Below, piece after piece: positions 1-12,227 of a stretch of 64,000 nucleotides of DNA. The stretch's first letter is position 1. Each line of letters begins with the position of its first letter. Made by a program: the position numbers and the translations under genes. A model generated the notes under the pieces. The model was not told where the DNA came from and did not search any database. It worked only from the letters and a program-made list of their open reading frames with translations. Origin of the DNA: Octopus vulgaris (taxonomy: Eukaryota); contig OX597821.1 in NCBI GenBank assembly GCA_951406725.2, forward strand, positions 50,282,001 to 50,346,000. Reading direction: 5' to 3'.

Positions 1-592
1 GAGAGACAACTGCACTAGCATAGTCATGTAATGCGTATGGATGAGGACAGCTGTGTAAAGAAGTGCTGATCTCTAATTGTGGAGGGAACCTGTGGTAGAC
101 GTAGATCCAGGAAGACATGAGACGAAGTGATGAAGCAATGACTAGTGACCGAGACTTTTGCTGTACTTGAGAAGGCTCATTATGCCACATGGAATTGTAA
201 TCACGGCTGATGGTGGTGTCACATAACTGGCACCCATGCTCGTGGCACATAAAGAGCACCACTGAAGATTTGGGCCTCACAGAGGCAAAATGGCTGAATT
301 TCAAGCACTGGGCCTCATGGAGACAATGACTGAGACCTTTAGTATTATGTCATGCTTGAGAAGAAGACCCATCAAGCCAAGCAAAATTGCAGTCGTGGCA
401 GATACCAGTGTCACACAAATGGCACCTCAGCCAGTGGTATATAAAATGACCCATTACACTCTCGGAGTGGTTGGCATTAGGAAGGGCATCCACCCATAGA
501 AAACCATGCCAAATCAGACAGAAGTCTAGTGCAGCCTTCCAACCCATGCCAGCATGGAGAACAGACATTAAATGATGATGACGATGATAATA
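1..592 (+). mobile_element. 3' end of a decayed RTE-type LINE (ORF C-terminus, 3' UTR, (GAT)n tail)
   Basis: Frame 1 reads ERQLH*HSHVMRMDEDSCVKKC*SLIVEGTCGRRRSRKT*DEV, matching the RTE C-terminal pattern GHVxRM...RGRPRKTW. It ends in ccaacccatgccagcatgga...ttaaatgatgatg, a tail that recurs many times in the window. Confidence 0.75.
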
Positions 593-689
593 ATCTGTAT
601 CAACCCTGAAAAAACTCAGTCAAAAAGCGTCTGCCAGAGTTTAGACATCATCTTGATTTTTTTTTTTTAAACTTGAAAATCTCTGATTT

Positions 690-1240
690 TGAAAATAAAA
701 AACTATTGAAAGTAGACTTCAGGATTGGAAAAGCAGCAACAGCATTCCAGCATATGTGTTCTATAAGGGTGACCTCAAACATCAACACTGATGTGAAATT
801 TCATCTACATAACTCCATCATTCTGCCTGCTGCAATCTATGCCAGTGAGACTTAAAAGAGCACGGAAAGGATAGATAGAAAACTAAATGTATTCTATCAA
901 CAGTGCCTCAGAAAGATCTTGATGATCAACTAGGAGAACCATATCACAAATGAGGAAATTCTGAGATTGAGGTCATGACCACTGCAAGAGATTGTAGCAG
1001 AATAGCAACTACACCCAGCTGGCCACATTTTCCATCTAGCCAATCAACAGCACTTGAAAACAGCCATGACTTGGGCACCACCAGACAGCAAGTGTTAAAA
1101 GGACAGGCTAAAGATAGCTCAGCAGTAAACATTTCAAGATAATACAAAGACATTATGGGAAATGGATGTGCAAGAGTAGCAGTCAACTGAACCCAGAAGA
1201 GGAAGCTTTCCACCTAATGCACTGAGCAGCACAAGAGAAT
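690..1240 (+). mobile_element. Decayed RTE-like LINE ORF C-terminal fragment
   Basis: RIGKAATAF...IILPAAIYASET*KSTERIDRKLNVFYQQCLRKILMIN*ENHITNEEIL resembles the LINE post-RT region (RIxKAxxAF, LLYGxETW, CLRxIL, NEEIL); interrupted by stops. Confidence 0.75.
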
Positions 1241-1246
1241 CTGAAG

Positions 1247-1568
1247 CAGGGGTTCTCAACCATTTTGTATTTATGGACCCCATTGATTACTATTTTATTT
1301 GGGTGGACCCCATACTCATTCAATGTTTTAAAATGAGTTTTATAGAAACCCTTTTGAAATTCCTATTTTATTTTCCATACATTCCCTCGTGTAGGTTGAA
1401 CTATGGTAAAATGCTAGAGAAAGAAACCTAGCTGTTTCTTGCAGTACATACATCTAAATCAAAATATTTTTAGGAGCACATAAAGTACAATTGTGAATCC
1501 CCAATTAACTATTTTGTTGTGTGGGCCCCCCAAAATCTTATATGGACCCTCAGGATTGAGAACCACTG
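1247..1568. mobile_element. hAT-type MITE with TIRs and 8-bp TSD
   Basis: Ends CAGGGGTTCTCAACC and GATTGAGAACCACTG are imperfect TIRs. Flanks atctgaag (1239-1246) and atctaaag (1569-1576) form an 8-bp TSD with one mismatch. Confidence 0.85.
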
Positions 1569-3144
1569 ATCTAAAGCCAAAGCTTTAATAATTTGGACAT
1601 TCTCTTTACTGAAAATATTTGCTATGAATCTATATGGTTGAGCAACAAATCAAAAAGTGTCCTTTCTTTGTGTGATAATGGAACCATGTAAGAAGTGTAA
1701 TTCTTCAAAGTAGTAATAAAATCTGGATAACATTTTTTTTTGTGTTATTGTGGACATCAAAAACACAGGGAATCGTGATCATCACCATCACCTTCATCAG
1801 TAGCTGCAGCTATAAGCATAATTATAAAGATGAAATGTAGTGCCACTTTACTAGATTTAACACAATTCCAGGTTCTCAGAGCAGTGACACTGCCATTCAA
1901 AAAGTCTGTGGAATACAAGCGTATGGAAACTTTATTAAAGAATGTGTTCCCAACTGACAACTACCAAATATTTATGTGTATAGTGTGAGTATGAATGAGT
2001 GTGTGTGTATGTATGTGCATGAGAGAGAGGGGAGAGAGAGAGAGAAAGATGTTTATGTATGTATGTGTGTTTATGTTTGTTCTGTAGCAGAAAGGGGAAT
2101 TAAGCTTAAATCTGAAGAACAGCTGCTAAATGAAATCAATTTGAAAATAAATGCCTGTTATAATTCTAAAGAATAAAGAATAGGGGTTACTTGAATTTGA
2201 TGTCAGAGATAATATCTTATCATTTAGAATGTTTGTTTTATCTTTATTTATTATCCTCATTATTATTATTATTATCATTTGTTAATTGAATTCCCGTATG
2301 ATAGAGAATACTTTACATACCAACACTAATTTCTAGAACACTGTAAGCATGCGTACACTCACATACATAACACATACAAACATAAACTCACATACATGTG
2401 GTGCCATGCACTTACACACACACACACATGCATGTGCCAATACTCCCCAAATCAACAAATAAGAGCTCTTACATGTACATTACAGTACGAAATAAATGTA
2501 CAGCTTTTTCTGATAAGAATAAGAATGCTTGCAAAATGACAACAACAACAAAAAAATGCAGTCTCTCTACAGACTCATTTATTTGTAGACTCTATATTGA
2601 CCAGAAGCAAGTTAGACTTACAATCACATAGATCAATAAAAAGAAATTTTTCTGGTCTATGACTCATACTTTGGAGTGAAAATTGGTAGATTGGTGATCC
2701 AGATAAAGCAGAAGCAGCTCAAGTGGTTTGTAGAGCATGTGGATTACACCAGAAGGATTGCTAACAGAAGAAATGCAAATCAATGCTGTTTACATTGCAA
2801 GATAAAATTACTTCTATTTCTATGAAAGATGAGTCTAGATTAAAAGAACCTCGAAAACTGACATGATATATGCAACAATTGAACATTCAATCAACCAATT
2901 CATTTTGATGGAAGTTTTGTAAGATGCAGCAACTATATCATAACCCTGGAAAAGATTAAACAATTGCCAGGAATTGAAATTCTATTTGCATATGAATATT
3001 GCTCAGCTAATGATAAGCTTAAGAAAAATTTTGTGGCAGAGGATTTAACAAAACTTGAAAGGCAAATTAAGAACACTTAATTTTAACAAAATGCAGAATG
3101 CTTAAGTAAACTTCCTAACATAGTACCTAAAGGATTACATGCAC

Positions 3145-3207
<63 letters not shown>

Positions 3208-3269
3208 AGTCTATCCATGTGTGTATATATATATATATATATACATACAGGTGCACGTGTATGTGTGTG

Positions 3270-3321
<52 letters not shown>

Positions 3322-3335
3322 TAATAATAATAATA
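3145..3335. repeat. Compound microsatellite (TCTA)n-(TA)n-(TG)n-(TA)n-(TAA)n
   Basis: Directly visible. Confidence 0.95.
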
Positions 3336-3486
3336 ATCATTTAACGTCTTTTTTTCTATGCTGGCATGGGTTGAATGGTTCTACAGGATCCAGCAAACTT
3401 CAGTGTTGCATCGAGTTCCATTGTCAACACTTCAGTATGGTTTATATGGCTTGATACCCTTCCTAACATCAACTATTTACAGTGCA

Positions 3487-3516
<30 letters not shown>

Positions 3517-3517
<1 letters not shown>

Positions 3518-3600
3518 TGGGTCATCCCATAAATAATGTGGGGTTTTTTCAGTTGCATGAACTAAAAGTCGAACTTGCTATAAAAGCAGGTAGTAATTTT
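3517..3600. mobile_element. Solo mariner terminal fragment
   Basis: ta|ttgggtcatccc follows a TA; the same terminus, reverse-complemented as atgacccaa|ta, closes the mariner at 11207. Confidence 0.5.
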
Positions 3601-3604
3601 ACCT

Positions 3605-3805
3605 TGTCTTCAAATTTTGGCATGATGGCCAGCAAGTTCGAGGGAGGGAGGGAGGGGGGTAAGTCAATTATATTGACCTCAATGTACAACTGGTACTTAT
3701 TTTATTGACCCCAAAAGGATAAACGGCAAAGATGACCTCGGTGAAATTTGAACTCAGGACATAAAGATGGACGAAATGCTGCTAAGCATTTTGTCCAGCA
3801 TGCTT
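3605..3805 (-). mobile_element. SINE family B
   Basis: Reverse complement of the family-B body gcctttcatcctttcggggtcgataaaataagtaccag, which resembles the MetaSINE central domain. Confidence 0.75.
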
Positions 3806-3824
3806 AATATTAGTTTTATAGCAT

Positions 3825-4472
3825 TACTCTTTTACTTGTTTCAGTCATTTGACTGTGGCCCTGCTGGAGCACTGCCTTTAGTTGAGCAATCGCCCCCAGG
3901 ACTAATTCTTTGTAAGCCTAGTACTTATTCTATTGGTCTCTTTTGCCAAACAGCTAAATTACAGGGACGTAAACACACCACCATCGGTTGTCAAGCAATG
4001 TTAGGGGGACAAACACGAACACATAAACACACACATATATATATATACAATATTTAAATAATGAGGGAGATAAATTAATATTAATTTTAATTTCAATTTA
4101 AAACCAGTAGTCTAGCATACAAAAATCTGAAAAATCAGAGAAAAATTCTAATACATGTGTATATTGACAGGGCAAGACTGCTAGGTAGTCGGCCGCATGC
4201 TAGAAATAGATCATCAATGATCAAACTACAAGGAATGTTCTCTAGAGGAGTTCACTAAATTTTCCTCTAGAGAACATTCTTTGTAGTTTGATCATTGATG
4301 ATCTATTTCTAGCATGCGGCCGACTACCTAGCAGTCTTGCCCTGTCAATATACACATATATATACATATATACGACAGGCTTCTTTCAGTTTCTGTCTAC
4401 CAAATCCACTCACAAGGCTTTGGTTGGCCCAAGACTATAGTAGAAGACACTTGCCCAAGGTGCCACGCAGTG
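3825..4472 (-). mobile_element. SINE family A, interrupted at its internal (TA)n by a fold-back insert
   Basis: Tail tactcttttacttgtttcagtc at 3825; the body resumes at ~4360 (cgacaggcttctttcagtttc...gtgccacgcagtg). Confidence 0.85.
4045..4357. repeat. Fold-back insert with 95-bp inverted arms (Penelope-like terminal-repeat derived, inferred)
   Basis: 4155-4249 is the reverse complement of 4263-4357 with one mismatch and no indels; 13-nt loop; preceded by a ~110-bp AT-rich leader starting at (TA)n. Confidence 0.9.
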
Positions 4473-4491
4473 AGAATGAATCCACTATCCA

Positions 4492-4786
4492 TTACTCTTT
4501 TACTCTTTTACTTGTTTCAGTCATTTGACTGCGGCCATGCTGGAGCACCGCCTTTAGTCGAGCAACTCGACCCCGAGATTTATTCTTTGTAAGCCCAGTA
4601 CTTATTCTATCGGTCTCTTTTGCCGAACCGCTAAGTGACGGGGACGTAAACACACCAGCATCGGTTGTCAAGAAATGCTAGGGGGACAAACACAGACACA
4701 CAAACACATACACACACATACATATCATCATCATCATCATCATCATCATCGTTTAACGTCCGTTCTCCATGCTAGCATGGGTTGGA

Positions 4787-4817
<31 letters not shown>

Positions 4818-4982
4818 CGACAGGCTTCTTTCAGTTTCCGTCTACCAAATTCACTCACAAGGCATTGGTCGGCCCGGGGCTATAGCAGAAGACACTTGCC
4901 CAAGATGCCACGCAGTGGGACTGAACCCGGAACCATGTGGTTGATTAGCAAGCTTCTTACCACACAGCCACTCCTGCACCTA
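4492..4982 (-). mobile_element. SINE family A, full length
   Basis: Minus strand begins aggtgcaggagtggctgtgtggtaag (A-box-like) ... ggttcagtccc (B-box-like); internal microsatellite; tail gaaacaagtaaaagagta. Confidence 0.9.
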
Positions 4983-5064
4983 TTGTTAAATTTTATTTAT
5001 AATTGTTTTGAAAATTCATTACTGAGAAAATCATATGCTCTAAAATATCAAATTTCTCTATAGA

Positions 5065-5340
5065 CTGACTTGTGAGAGACTTACAAGCCACATAGAGATG
5101 CCATCAACCAGGTGAGAGTTGACAATGAATTTAAAAAGATATTCAGTATGAAAATAGGTGTCCATATAGACACAGTTCTTAGTACCCCTCCTGTTTATAA
5201 TTGTTCAGAGAAGTTCAAGCCCAACAGAGAAGTTTAAGACCAACTGTCCAGGCAAACTCCCTTGCACCATTGACTTAGTTCTCATACCTGAATCTCTCGC
5301 AGATTTAGAGAATAAATTCCAAATGTGGCAGAAAAGACCA
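5065..5340 (+). mobile_element. Decayed RTE reverse-transcriptase fragment
   Basis: Reads approximately RDAINQVRVDNEFKKIFSMKIGVH...TEKFKTNCPGKLPCTIDLVLIPESLADLENKFQMWQK, homologous to the YADD fragment at 41864. Confidence 0.65.
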
Positions 5341-5363
5341 GAATTGAGATTTTGTGCTGACCA

Positions 5364-5570
5364 TTAACCTTTTAATATTCAAATTATTCTGTCAAATGTG
5401 ATGCTTATTTATTCACATTGTTTTGTAGTTTTGAGATTTCAATGGCTTGAGAGTTTATTTTTACAATGACATTGCAGGATAGGTGTGAGAGGCCAGATCT
5501 GGCCAGTCTGAACATAAAACAACTGGAATATTTGGGCCTGATATGACCAGTATAAATGCTAAAGCATTAA
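5364..5570. mobile_element. piggyBac-like MITE (TTAA-flanked, ~210-230 bp family)
   Basis: TTAA at both ends, degenerate CCCTTTAG TIRs; same body as copies at 7779, 13386 and 56450. Confidence 0.7.
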
Positions 5571-5614
5571 ATATGATTTCATCAACATAATTTAATAGAT
5601 GATATTCACTTGGG

Positions 5615-5945
5615 AAGCGAAAGCATCTGGCTTAGTGGTTAGGAGGGTATTTGGCTCACAATCATAAGGTTGTGAGTTCAATTCCTGGCAACGCATTGTT
5701 GTCCTTGAGCGTGACACTTTATTTTACATTGCTCCATTCCACTCAACTGGCAAAAATGAGTAGTGCTTGTATTTCAAACAGCCAGCCTTGTCACATTCTG
5801 TGTCTTGCTGAATCTCCCTGAGAACTATGTTATGGGTACATGTGTCTGTGGAGTGCTCAGCCACTTGCACAGTAATTTCATGAGCAGGCTGTTCCATTAA
5901 TCCAATCAACAGGAACCCTCGTTGTTGTAGCCAACAGAATGCTAG
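5615..5945 (+). mobile_element. SINE family C (tRNA head, CORE-like central domain)
   Basis: tggcttagtggttagg (A box), gagttcaattcc (B box), then gtccttgagc..acactttatt..ttgctcca..cactca.ctggcaaaaatgag, which resembles the CORE domain. Confidence 0.75.
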
Positions 5946-7076
5946 TTAAGTTAACTCACATGGGAAGGATTTGACCAGACTCTCACTACCTATTTTTGTA
6001 TTACTGCAATTTACTGTCTTTTGGTCCAACCTCTATTTGTATTGTATCATTAAACAATGCAAATGATTCAACAAACAGACATCATTTTTATTTCCCAGAA
6101 GCTTTGATGACAGTAGCATGATACCCAGCTGTAAAAACAACACTTCTAATAAGTGAAGCAAATGTCCAATTATGTGAGACCAACCAGTGTTTCATGTTAC
6201 ACTAAAATATAAAGTGGCTGTCTTATTACATCTGACTATTGTGACACTTTACATAGGTATATAATGAGCACAGACCCATTCTCTTCCCTCTTTCTTGTTT
6301 CTTTTCCTGCACAGTTCTCCTTTATCTCTACTTCTATGGGGGAGTATTAATACAGTAACTAAGACTTTTTAATCAGTTAAGGAACTTTATGAACATAAAG
6401 AAATCTACTTTTTAAAAAATTTGAATGCTATTCATTATTTCTCATATTTACTGACATTCTGGATCATTCTATTATTACAGTTATGACAGAAGTAGGTCAT
6501 TTTGTAACATCATCATCATCATCATCATCTCTCTCTCTCTCTGGGGAAGGAGAGTGAGGGTGGAGTTAAAATGGAAGTATTTCATTACAGGTAAAAATAT
6601 CACTAGTTCCTATTTCAGTCAAATCATTAGAAACAAATCCCCTAAGATTTTATAACAAAAATCTGATTCCCTGGTTCACATTTCTCCCTTCCCCACCCAC
6701 CACGACACAAAATTGCTTAACATGTTCTAAACCCCATAATAAACCAGCTTTTGGCACATAGTGAAACAAAATACTAATATATGCTTATACATATACATTC
6801 CTTGATTGCAGAGTCAAGCTGAAACAGCAACCAAAAATTATACAGAAGAAAATATTCAAAGTCCTGATAATTTTCAAATAAATATCAGTCTGGAAAAAAT
6901 TATCATAGTCTGTGTTGACAGAATTATTTGATAAAATTTGCAAATGTGAAAACTTCAGACACAGTTTTTAGATGATTTAGTAGGACATATTCTGCAATCG
7001 ATGCAGTATAATCCACAAGTGAAGACGATAAAGCACCAGATAAAATTATACTTTTTTCAATATCTAGTTCTGTATT

Positions 7077-7290
7077 AAAGCAACAAGCTGGCAGAATCGC
7101 TAACATGCCAGGCAAAATGTTTAGCGACATTTCAGCCATCATTACATTCTGGAGTCAAATGCCACCAAGGTCAGCTTGACCTTTCATCCTTTCAGGGTCA
7201 ATAAAATAAGTACCAGTTCAGTACTAGGGTTGATGTAATCAACTTAGCCCTTTCCTCAAAACTGCTGGCCTGTTGCCAAAATTTGAAACC
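7077..7290 (+). mobile_element. SINE family B with 19-bp TSD
   Basis: caatatctagttctgtatt is duplicated exactly at 7058-7076 and 7290-7308. Confidence 0.9.
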
Positions 7291-7778
7291 AATATCTAGT
7301 TCTGTATTGCACATTTCTATCACAAAATTCAAATGCCTCTTTCTTTTCAGAATCTCTATGTGCAAGTGTGCCATTATAACCATCTATATACACTGCTCAC
7401 CTACAATATCTCAAATATCTTTGATGCACTGCACTGCCTTGCAATCTGGTACACTCACACCCCAGATCCTCAAGCTGTAGAAATGGAGAAGCAAACCTTT
7501 CATTTTATTTGCACCTCCCCTCCTCTTATCACCTAGCTTCTCTTCCAGCTTACCTCATATAATTCTCTGCTGCCCCAGTTCTTTCGGCCATTCCAAGCCT
7601 GTTTCTTCACTTTTATGGCTCTGTCTACCTCACTGTTCTATCACCATGTCAGCATAGATGTAGCCAGGACTTTGAACCGGCCAGAGATTTGGTCTGTAAC
7701 CTTCATTCGGTGAGTTTCTAGGAACTTGCAGTTGACCTGTATGCTATTTGTCTCTATCTCTTTCTTTTTAGTAAGTGC

Positions 7779-8005
7779 TTAACCCTTTAGTGTTCAGATT
7801 ATTCTATCAAACATAATGCCTATTGATTCCCATTGATTTGAATTAATCATGCATTATCTCATATCTTCAAGATCTTGATGGTGTAATTACTTAATGTAGA
7901 ATAACATTGTAGGGTAGGTGTGAGAGCCTGGATCTGGTCAGTTTGAGCATAAAACAGATTAACTATTTTGGACGGATATGGCCGGTTTAAATACTAAAGG
8001 GTTAA
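7779..8005. mobile_element. piggyBac-like MITE
   Basis: TTAA-CCCTTTAG ... CTAAAGGG-TTAA. Confidence 0.85.
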
Positions 8006-8014
8006 ACTGTATAT

Positions 8015-8200
8015 CCATTTATTTGTTTCAGTCATTCGACTGTGGCTATGCTGGAGCACTGCCTTTAGTCAAACAAATCAACCCCAGGACTTATTCTTTG
8101 TAAGCCCAGTACTTATTCTATCGGTCTCTTTTGCCGAACCACTAAGTCACAGGGACATAAACACACCAACATCAATTGTCAAGCGATGGTTGGGGGACAA

Positions 8201-8250
<50 letters not shown>

Positions 8251-8412
8251 CAGGCTTCTTTCAGTTTCCATCTACCAAATTCACTCACAAGGCTTTGGTC
8301 AGTCTGAGGCTTTAGTAGAAGACACTTGCTCAAGGTGCCATGCAGTGGGACTGAACTCAGAAACATGTGGTTGGTGAGCAAGCTACTTACCATACAGCCA
8401 CTCCTGCACCTA
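8015..8412 (-). mobile_element. SINE family A
   Basis: Same body as 4492-4982. Confidence 0.85.
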
Positions 8413-8424
8413 TATATATATATA

Positions 8425-8582
8425 TCATCATCGTTTAACATCCGCTTTCCATGCTAGCATGGGTTGGACGATTTGACTGAGGACTGGTGAACCAGATGGT
8501 TGCACCAGGCTCCAATCTTGATCTGGCAGAGTTTCTACAGCTTGATGCCCTTCCTAACACCAACCACTCCGAGAGTGTAGTG
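8425..8582 (-). mobile_element. RTE-LINE 3'-tail repeat (family D)
   Basis: catcatcgtttaacatccgctttccatgctagcatgggttgg...gatgcccttcctaa is the reverse complement of the tail at ~470-590. Confidence 0.8.
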
Positions 8583-8607
8583 GATATGTGTATGTGTGTG
8601 TGTATTA

Positions 8608-8759
8608 AAGTTGTGGCCAAAAGTTTGGAACATAGGTCTGAAAATTAGAATGTTTATATTAAATGCCCAAACATATATATTGTGTATATTTGAATCTAAC
8701 AATACTTGGACATAACAATTTTAATTTCTAAAAAACGTTCCAATTTTTGGCCATGATTG
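8608..8759. mobile_element. Tc1-type MITE
   Basis: ta|aagttgtggccaaaagtttggaac ... gttccaatttttggccatgattg|ta: ~24-bp imperfect TIRs flanked by TA. Confidence 0.7.
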
Positions 8760-9003
8760 TATATATATATATATATATATACACATATTTGGGACAGCCT
8801 TCAACTTTTTCTACCCAAAAGGGTTTTCAACCCAGTCTATACATGCTATTATTTATAGCATTATGTGTGCTTCAAGATCCATTGTTCCAAAAACGAATTA
8901 TCTCACATTCTCTTGAAACTTTATAAATTCTTATGATGTCAACAATACACACAGGCACATACGCACACACACACACACATACACTAGTGTTGACATGAAA
9001 CAA

Positions 9004-9039
<36 letters not shown>

Positions 9040-9679
9040 ACTTATAAAAGCAGACATCTGTCTAATCAAAAAGAAAAAGATCACCATTAATTAGATGAGT
9101 CACATTCATAAAATTTAGAAACAATGATTAGTGATTAGCTTCTTAATCTGTTTACATTCTTGTTGTTATATTTAAAAGCTGCCAGAGAGAAAGATACACT
9201 TTCGATGTCAGATATAGATTAACTGAATAAAACTGCATTTGATTGTGAAAAACTTAGGTTAATGTTAACACAATTAATGCTCAAACCTTAAAGAAATAAC
9301 TAGAATGAATTATGTGGTGAGACAGATACCTAAATTAGCATTAACATATTTAATGCATAGAATATTAAAAAGCTAACTGGAAATAATTATTTGATGAGGT
9401 AAAATAGTATTAGTTAATAATTAATATGAACATGAAAGATAAAATACACAACACTAAATAAATGAAAACAATATTAGCTAATGACAAATATTACTATTTT
9501 GTTTTTTTTAAAGTAGGGAAACCAACTCCAGATATGTTTTAGTTTTATCTTAAACTTATCAGTAAAGCATTCCCCATTCTTTCCAAAGAATGGTTAAAGA
9601 ATCACTGAAAGGATGTTGAAAAATCTGCTTCACTGATGTCCACAACTCCCTTCTGTATTGCTGAGACACACCAAGTAAA

Positions 9680-9991
9680 ATCGAGACCAATCAGGCATGC
9701 AGACATGTCTCTACATTTCTCCCTCAGCCAAGAGATCCTAGTCTTGTGTGCTCGTAGGTGCTGGTGCATATAAAAGTACCTATGCTGGTGCCATATAAAA
9801 GTACCTGTACCACATAAAAGCACCTGTGTTGGTACCACATAATAAACATTCAGTCTACGCTGTAAAGTGATTGGCATTAGGAAGGGCAGCCAGCCATAGA
9901 AACCATGCCAAAATACAAATGGAGCCTGGGCAACTCCCTAGCTGGCCAGTTCCTGTCAAACTGTCCAACCCATGCCAGCATGGAGAACAGA

Positions 9992-9995
<4 letters not shown>
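9680..9995 (+). mobile_element. RTE-LINE 3' UTR repeat (family D)
   Basis: Internal gctggtgccacataaaagcacc subrepeats, then ttggcattaggaagggca...ccaacccatgccagcatggagaacagacatt. Confidence 0.8.
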
Positions 9996-10027
<32 letters not shown>

Positions 10028-10057
<30 letters not shown>

Positions 10058-10246
10058 AAGAAGAAGAAGAAGAAGAAGAAGAAGAAGAAGAAGAAGAAGA
10101 AGAAGAAGAAGAAGAAGAAGAAGAAGAAGAAGAAGAAGAAGAAGAAGAAGAAGAAGAAGAAGAAGAAGAAGAAGAAGAAGAAGAAGAAGAAGAAGAAGAA
10201 GAAGAAGAAGAAGAAGAAGAAGAAGAAGAAGAAGAAGAAGAAGAAG
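10028..10246. repeat. Pure (AAG)73 microsatellite preceded by (TAT)n
   Basis: 219 uninterrupted bases of AAG. Confidence 0.95.
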
Positions 10247-10251
10247 AGAGA

Positions 10252-11207
10252 TTAGCAAGGCCCCTCTTCCAAACTGCACTTGTCTGTGACAAAAAATACT
10301 CCTCCAGTACAGTTCTGACCAAATGATTTTGAAGACTGCAGAATAAATGATAATCAGATGGGGCAATCCGGCGAATATGGTGGGTGGGGCATCATTTCCC
10401 ATTCAAACTGTTCCAGCCTTTGCAATGTCATCCTCACTGTATGTAGCCAAGCATTATCCTGATGGGAGAACACCTTTCGTCTTGAAATCAAAGATGGATG
10501 TTTTTCTTCTATCTCTGACTCAAGGCACTCAAACTGCTCGCAGTAGATCTCCTTTGTTATCGTTTGGTTTGGGTTTAAAAGTTCAAAGTGGAATAAACCT
10601 TTTATATCCCACTAAACAGATAACCACACCTTACATGGGTGAAGACCTTCATTAGTCTGGGGCACCAGTGTTTCTCCTTTCCCTACCCAATATCTTCAGT
10701 GCTTGACATTTCTATAGAGAACCCATTTCTTGTCACCAATCACAATTCGGACCAAAAAAGGCTCATTCATGAGACGTGACAGCAAAGAAGAGCACACATT
10801 TACTCTCCGTGCATGATTAGACTTGGGAAGTTTGTGAGGAACCCATTGACCCAATTTGCTGACTTTTCCGATAGCACTCAGGTGTTGATGAATGGTTGAA
10901 TGACCAAATCCAAGCTTCTCTGCTAGTTCTTCAATAGTTATGATGGGATTTTGTTCCCACAAGGTTTGCAGGATGTCCTCATCGAGATCTATAGATCTTC
11001 CAAGACAAGACTCGTCTTCTAGGCTGTAGTTTCTGGCTCAGAATTTCTAGAACCAGTTGACATTCGCTTACACTAATTGTCCAATCCCCTTATACTGCAT
11101 TAATATTCCTCACACTTTCTGTTGAATCCATAAAGCAAAATATGCTGAATATGCTCCTCTGTCACTTTCATTATAGTTTTGTAAAAATAACTGTTAAAAT
11201 GACCCAA
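10252..11207 (-). mobile_element. Mariner (DD34D) transposase pseudogene, 3'-truncated
   Basis: Minus strand: MKVTEEHIQHILLY from 11171; WVPHKL; RIVIGDKKWVLY; HQDNAWLHT...HPPYSPD/APSDYHLF, with 34 residues between the last two D once a 2-nt deletion is restored. Many stops and frameshifts; TIR stub at 11199-11207. Confidence 0.92.
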
Positions 11208-11834
11208 TATACACACACACAATTGTTGTTTACTAACCCAATTTATTATGGTTTTGTTATGTCATATTTTTAACACATAAATAAAATATCTCAGTTTATA
11301 TCTTATAGAATAGTATCTCAGAGAATAGGAAGAAGATATCTAGTGACTCAAGCAATCAATCCAGATTGTATTCCTATTGTTGCTAATTCATTCCACCTGC
11401 ATTAGTAATGATCTCAGAATAGACATGATTAATCGCTCACTGAATGAGATCACTGATCACTAAACTGAAACTAGTTAACTTGATCTATCTAAAGATAATA
11501 GAGACACATCAGGTAGAGTTGATATGTGTTATATCTCAAAGCAAAGTTATACTAAGTCACATCTCCTTGCTGACATTACACTGTATTTCCTGACCAAGAC
11601 TTCTCTAGCATACTGTGGAGAAGATGTCACACAACTGTGGATAAAGTCTGATTGTGCAGACTTAACTATATTGACAGATATAAAATAAAAAGAAAGATGG
11701 GTACAAGGATTTGAAATAACTAGAGTTGGCCTGCATCAGCCATCAAATAGTGAATACAGCTCAAAAGTGGCATAAATTGTTTTGCTGTGCAAAAGAACAG
11801 AAATCTAACATTTACACAATGAATTTTGTTGGGG

Positions 11835-12215
11835 GATGAAAGTATAGCTATCCCACTGTAAGCAATTAGCAATGTGAAAGTATGGCTGCCATTATAATTA
11901 ATGTGAAATTATACTTGCCCACAGTAATTAGTGGTAATACTGTGTTAATCAAGGATGTGAAAATAGAGATATCTCCTGCCAACAGCAGCAACTGACTATC
12001 ACTAACAAAGTGAGAATATAGCTATGCACTGTAATTAGAGGCAACCCACAGTAATTAGAGACAGTACTGTACAATTAACAATGTGAAAGTATGGCTGCAT
12101 ACAGTCATTAGCAACAGTGCTGTAATTAACTATGTGAAAATATACCTGTCCATAACAATTACTATATAGGTAAGAATGTGAAATGTTACCTGCCCACAGT
12201 ATAATTAGTGATAGT
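11835..12215. repeat. Degenerate minisatellite (30-60 bp units anchored on ATGTGAAA...CCCACAGTAATTAG)
   Basis: About eight recurrences of gtgaaa(g/a)tat..ctg..cacagtaattag. Confidence 0.65.
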
Positions 12216-12227
12216 AGTAAATAACTG

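Noticed and set aside
9855-10402. Poly-S/K/L/R ORFs
   Set aside because: Translations of the (TAT)n(AAG)n microsatellite.
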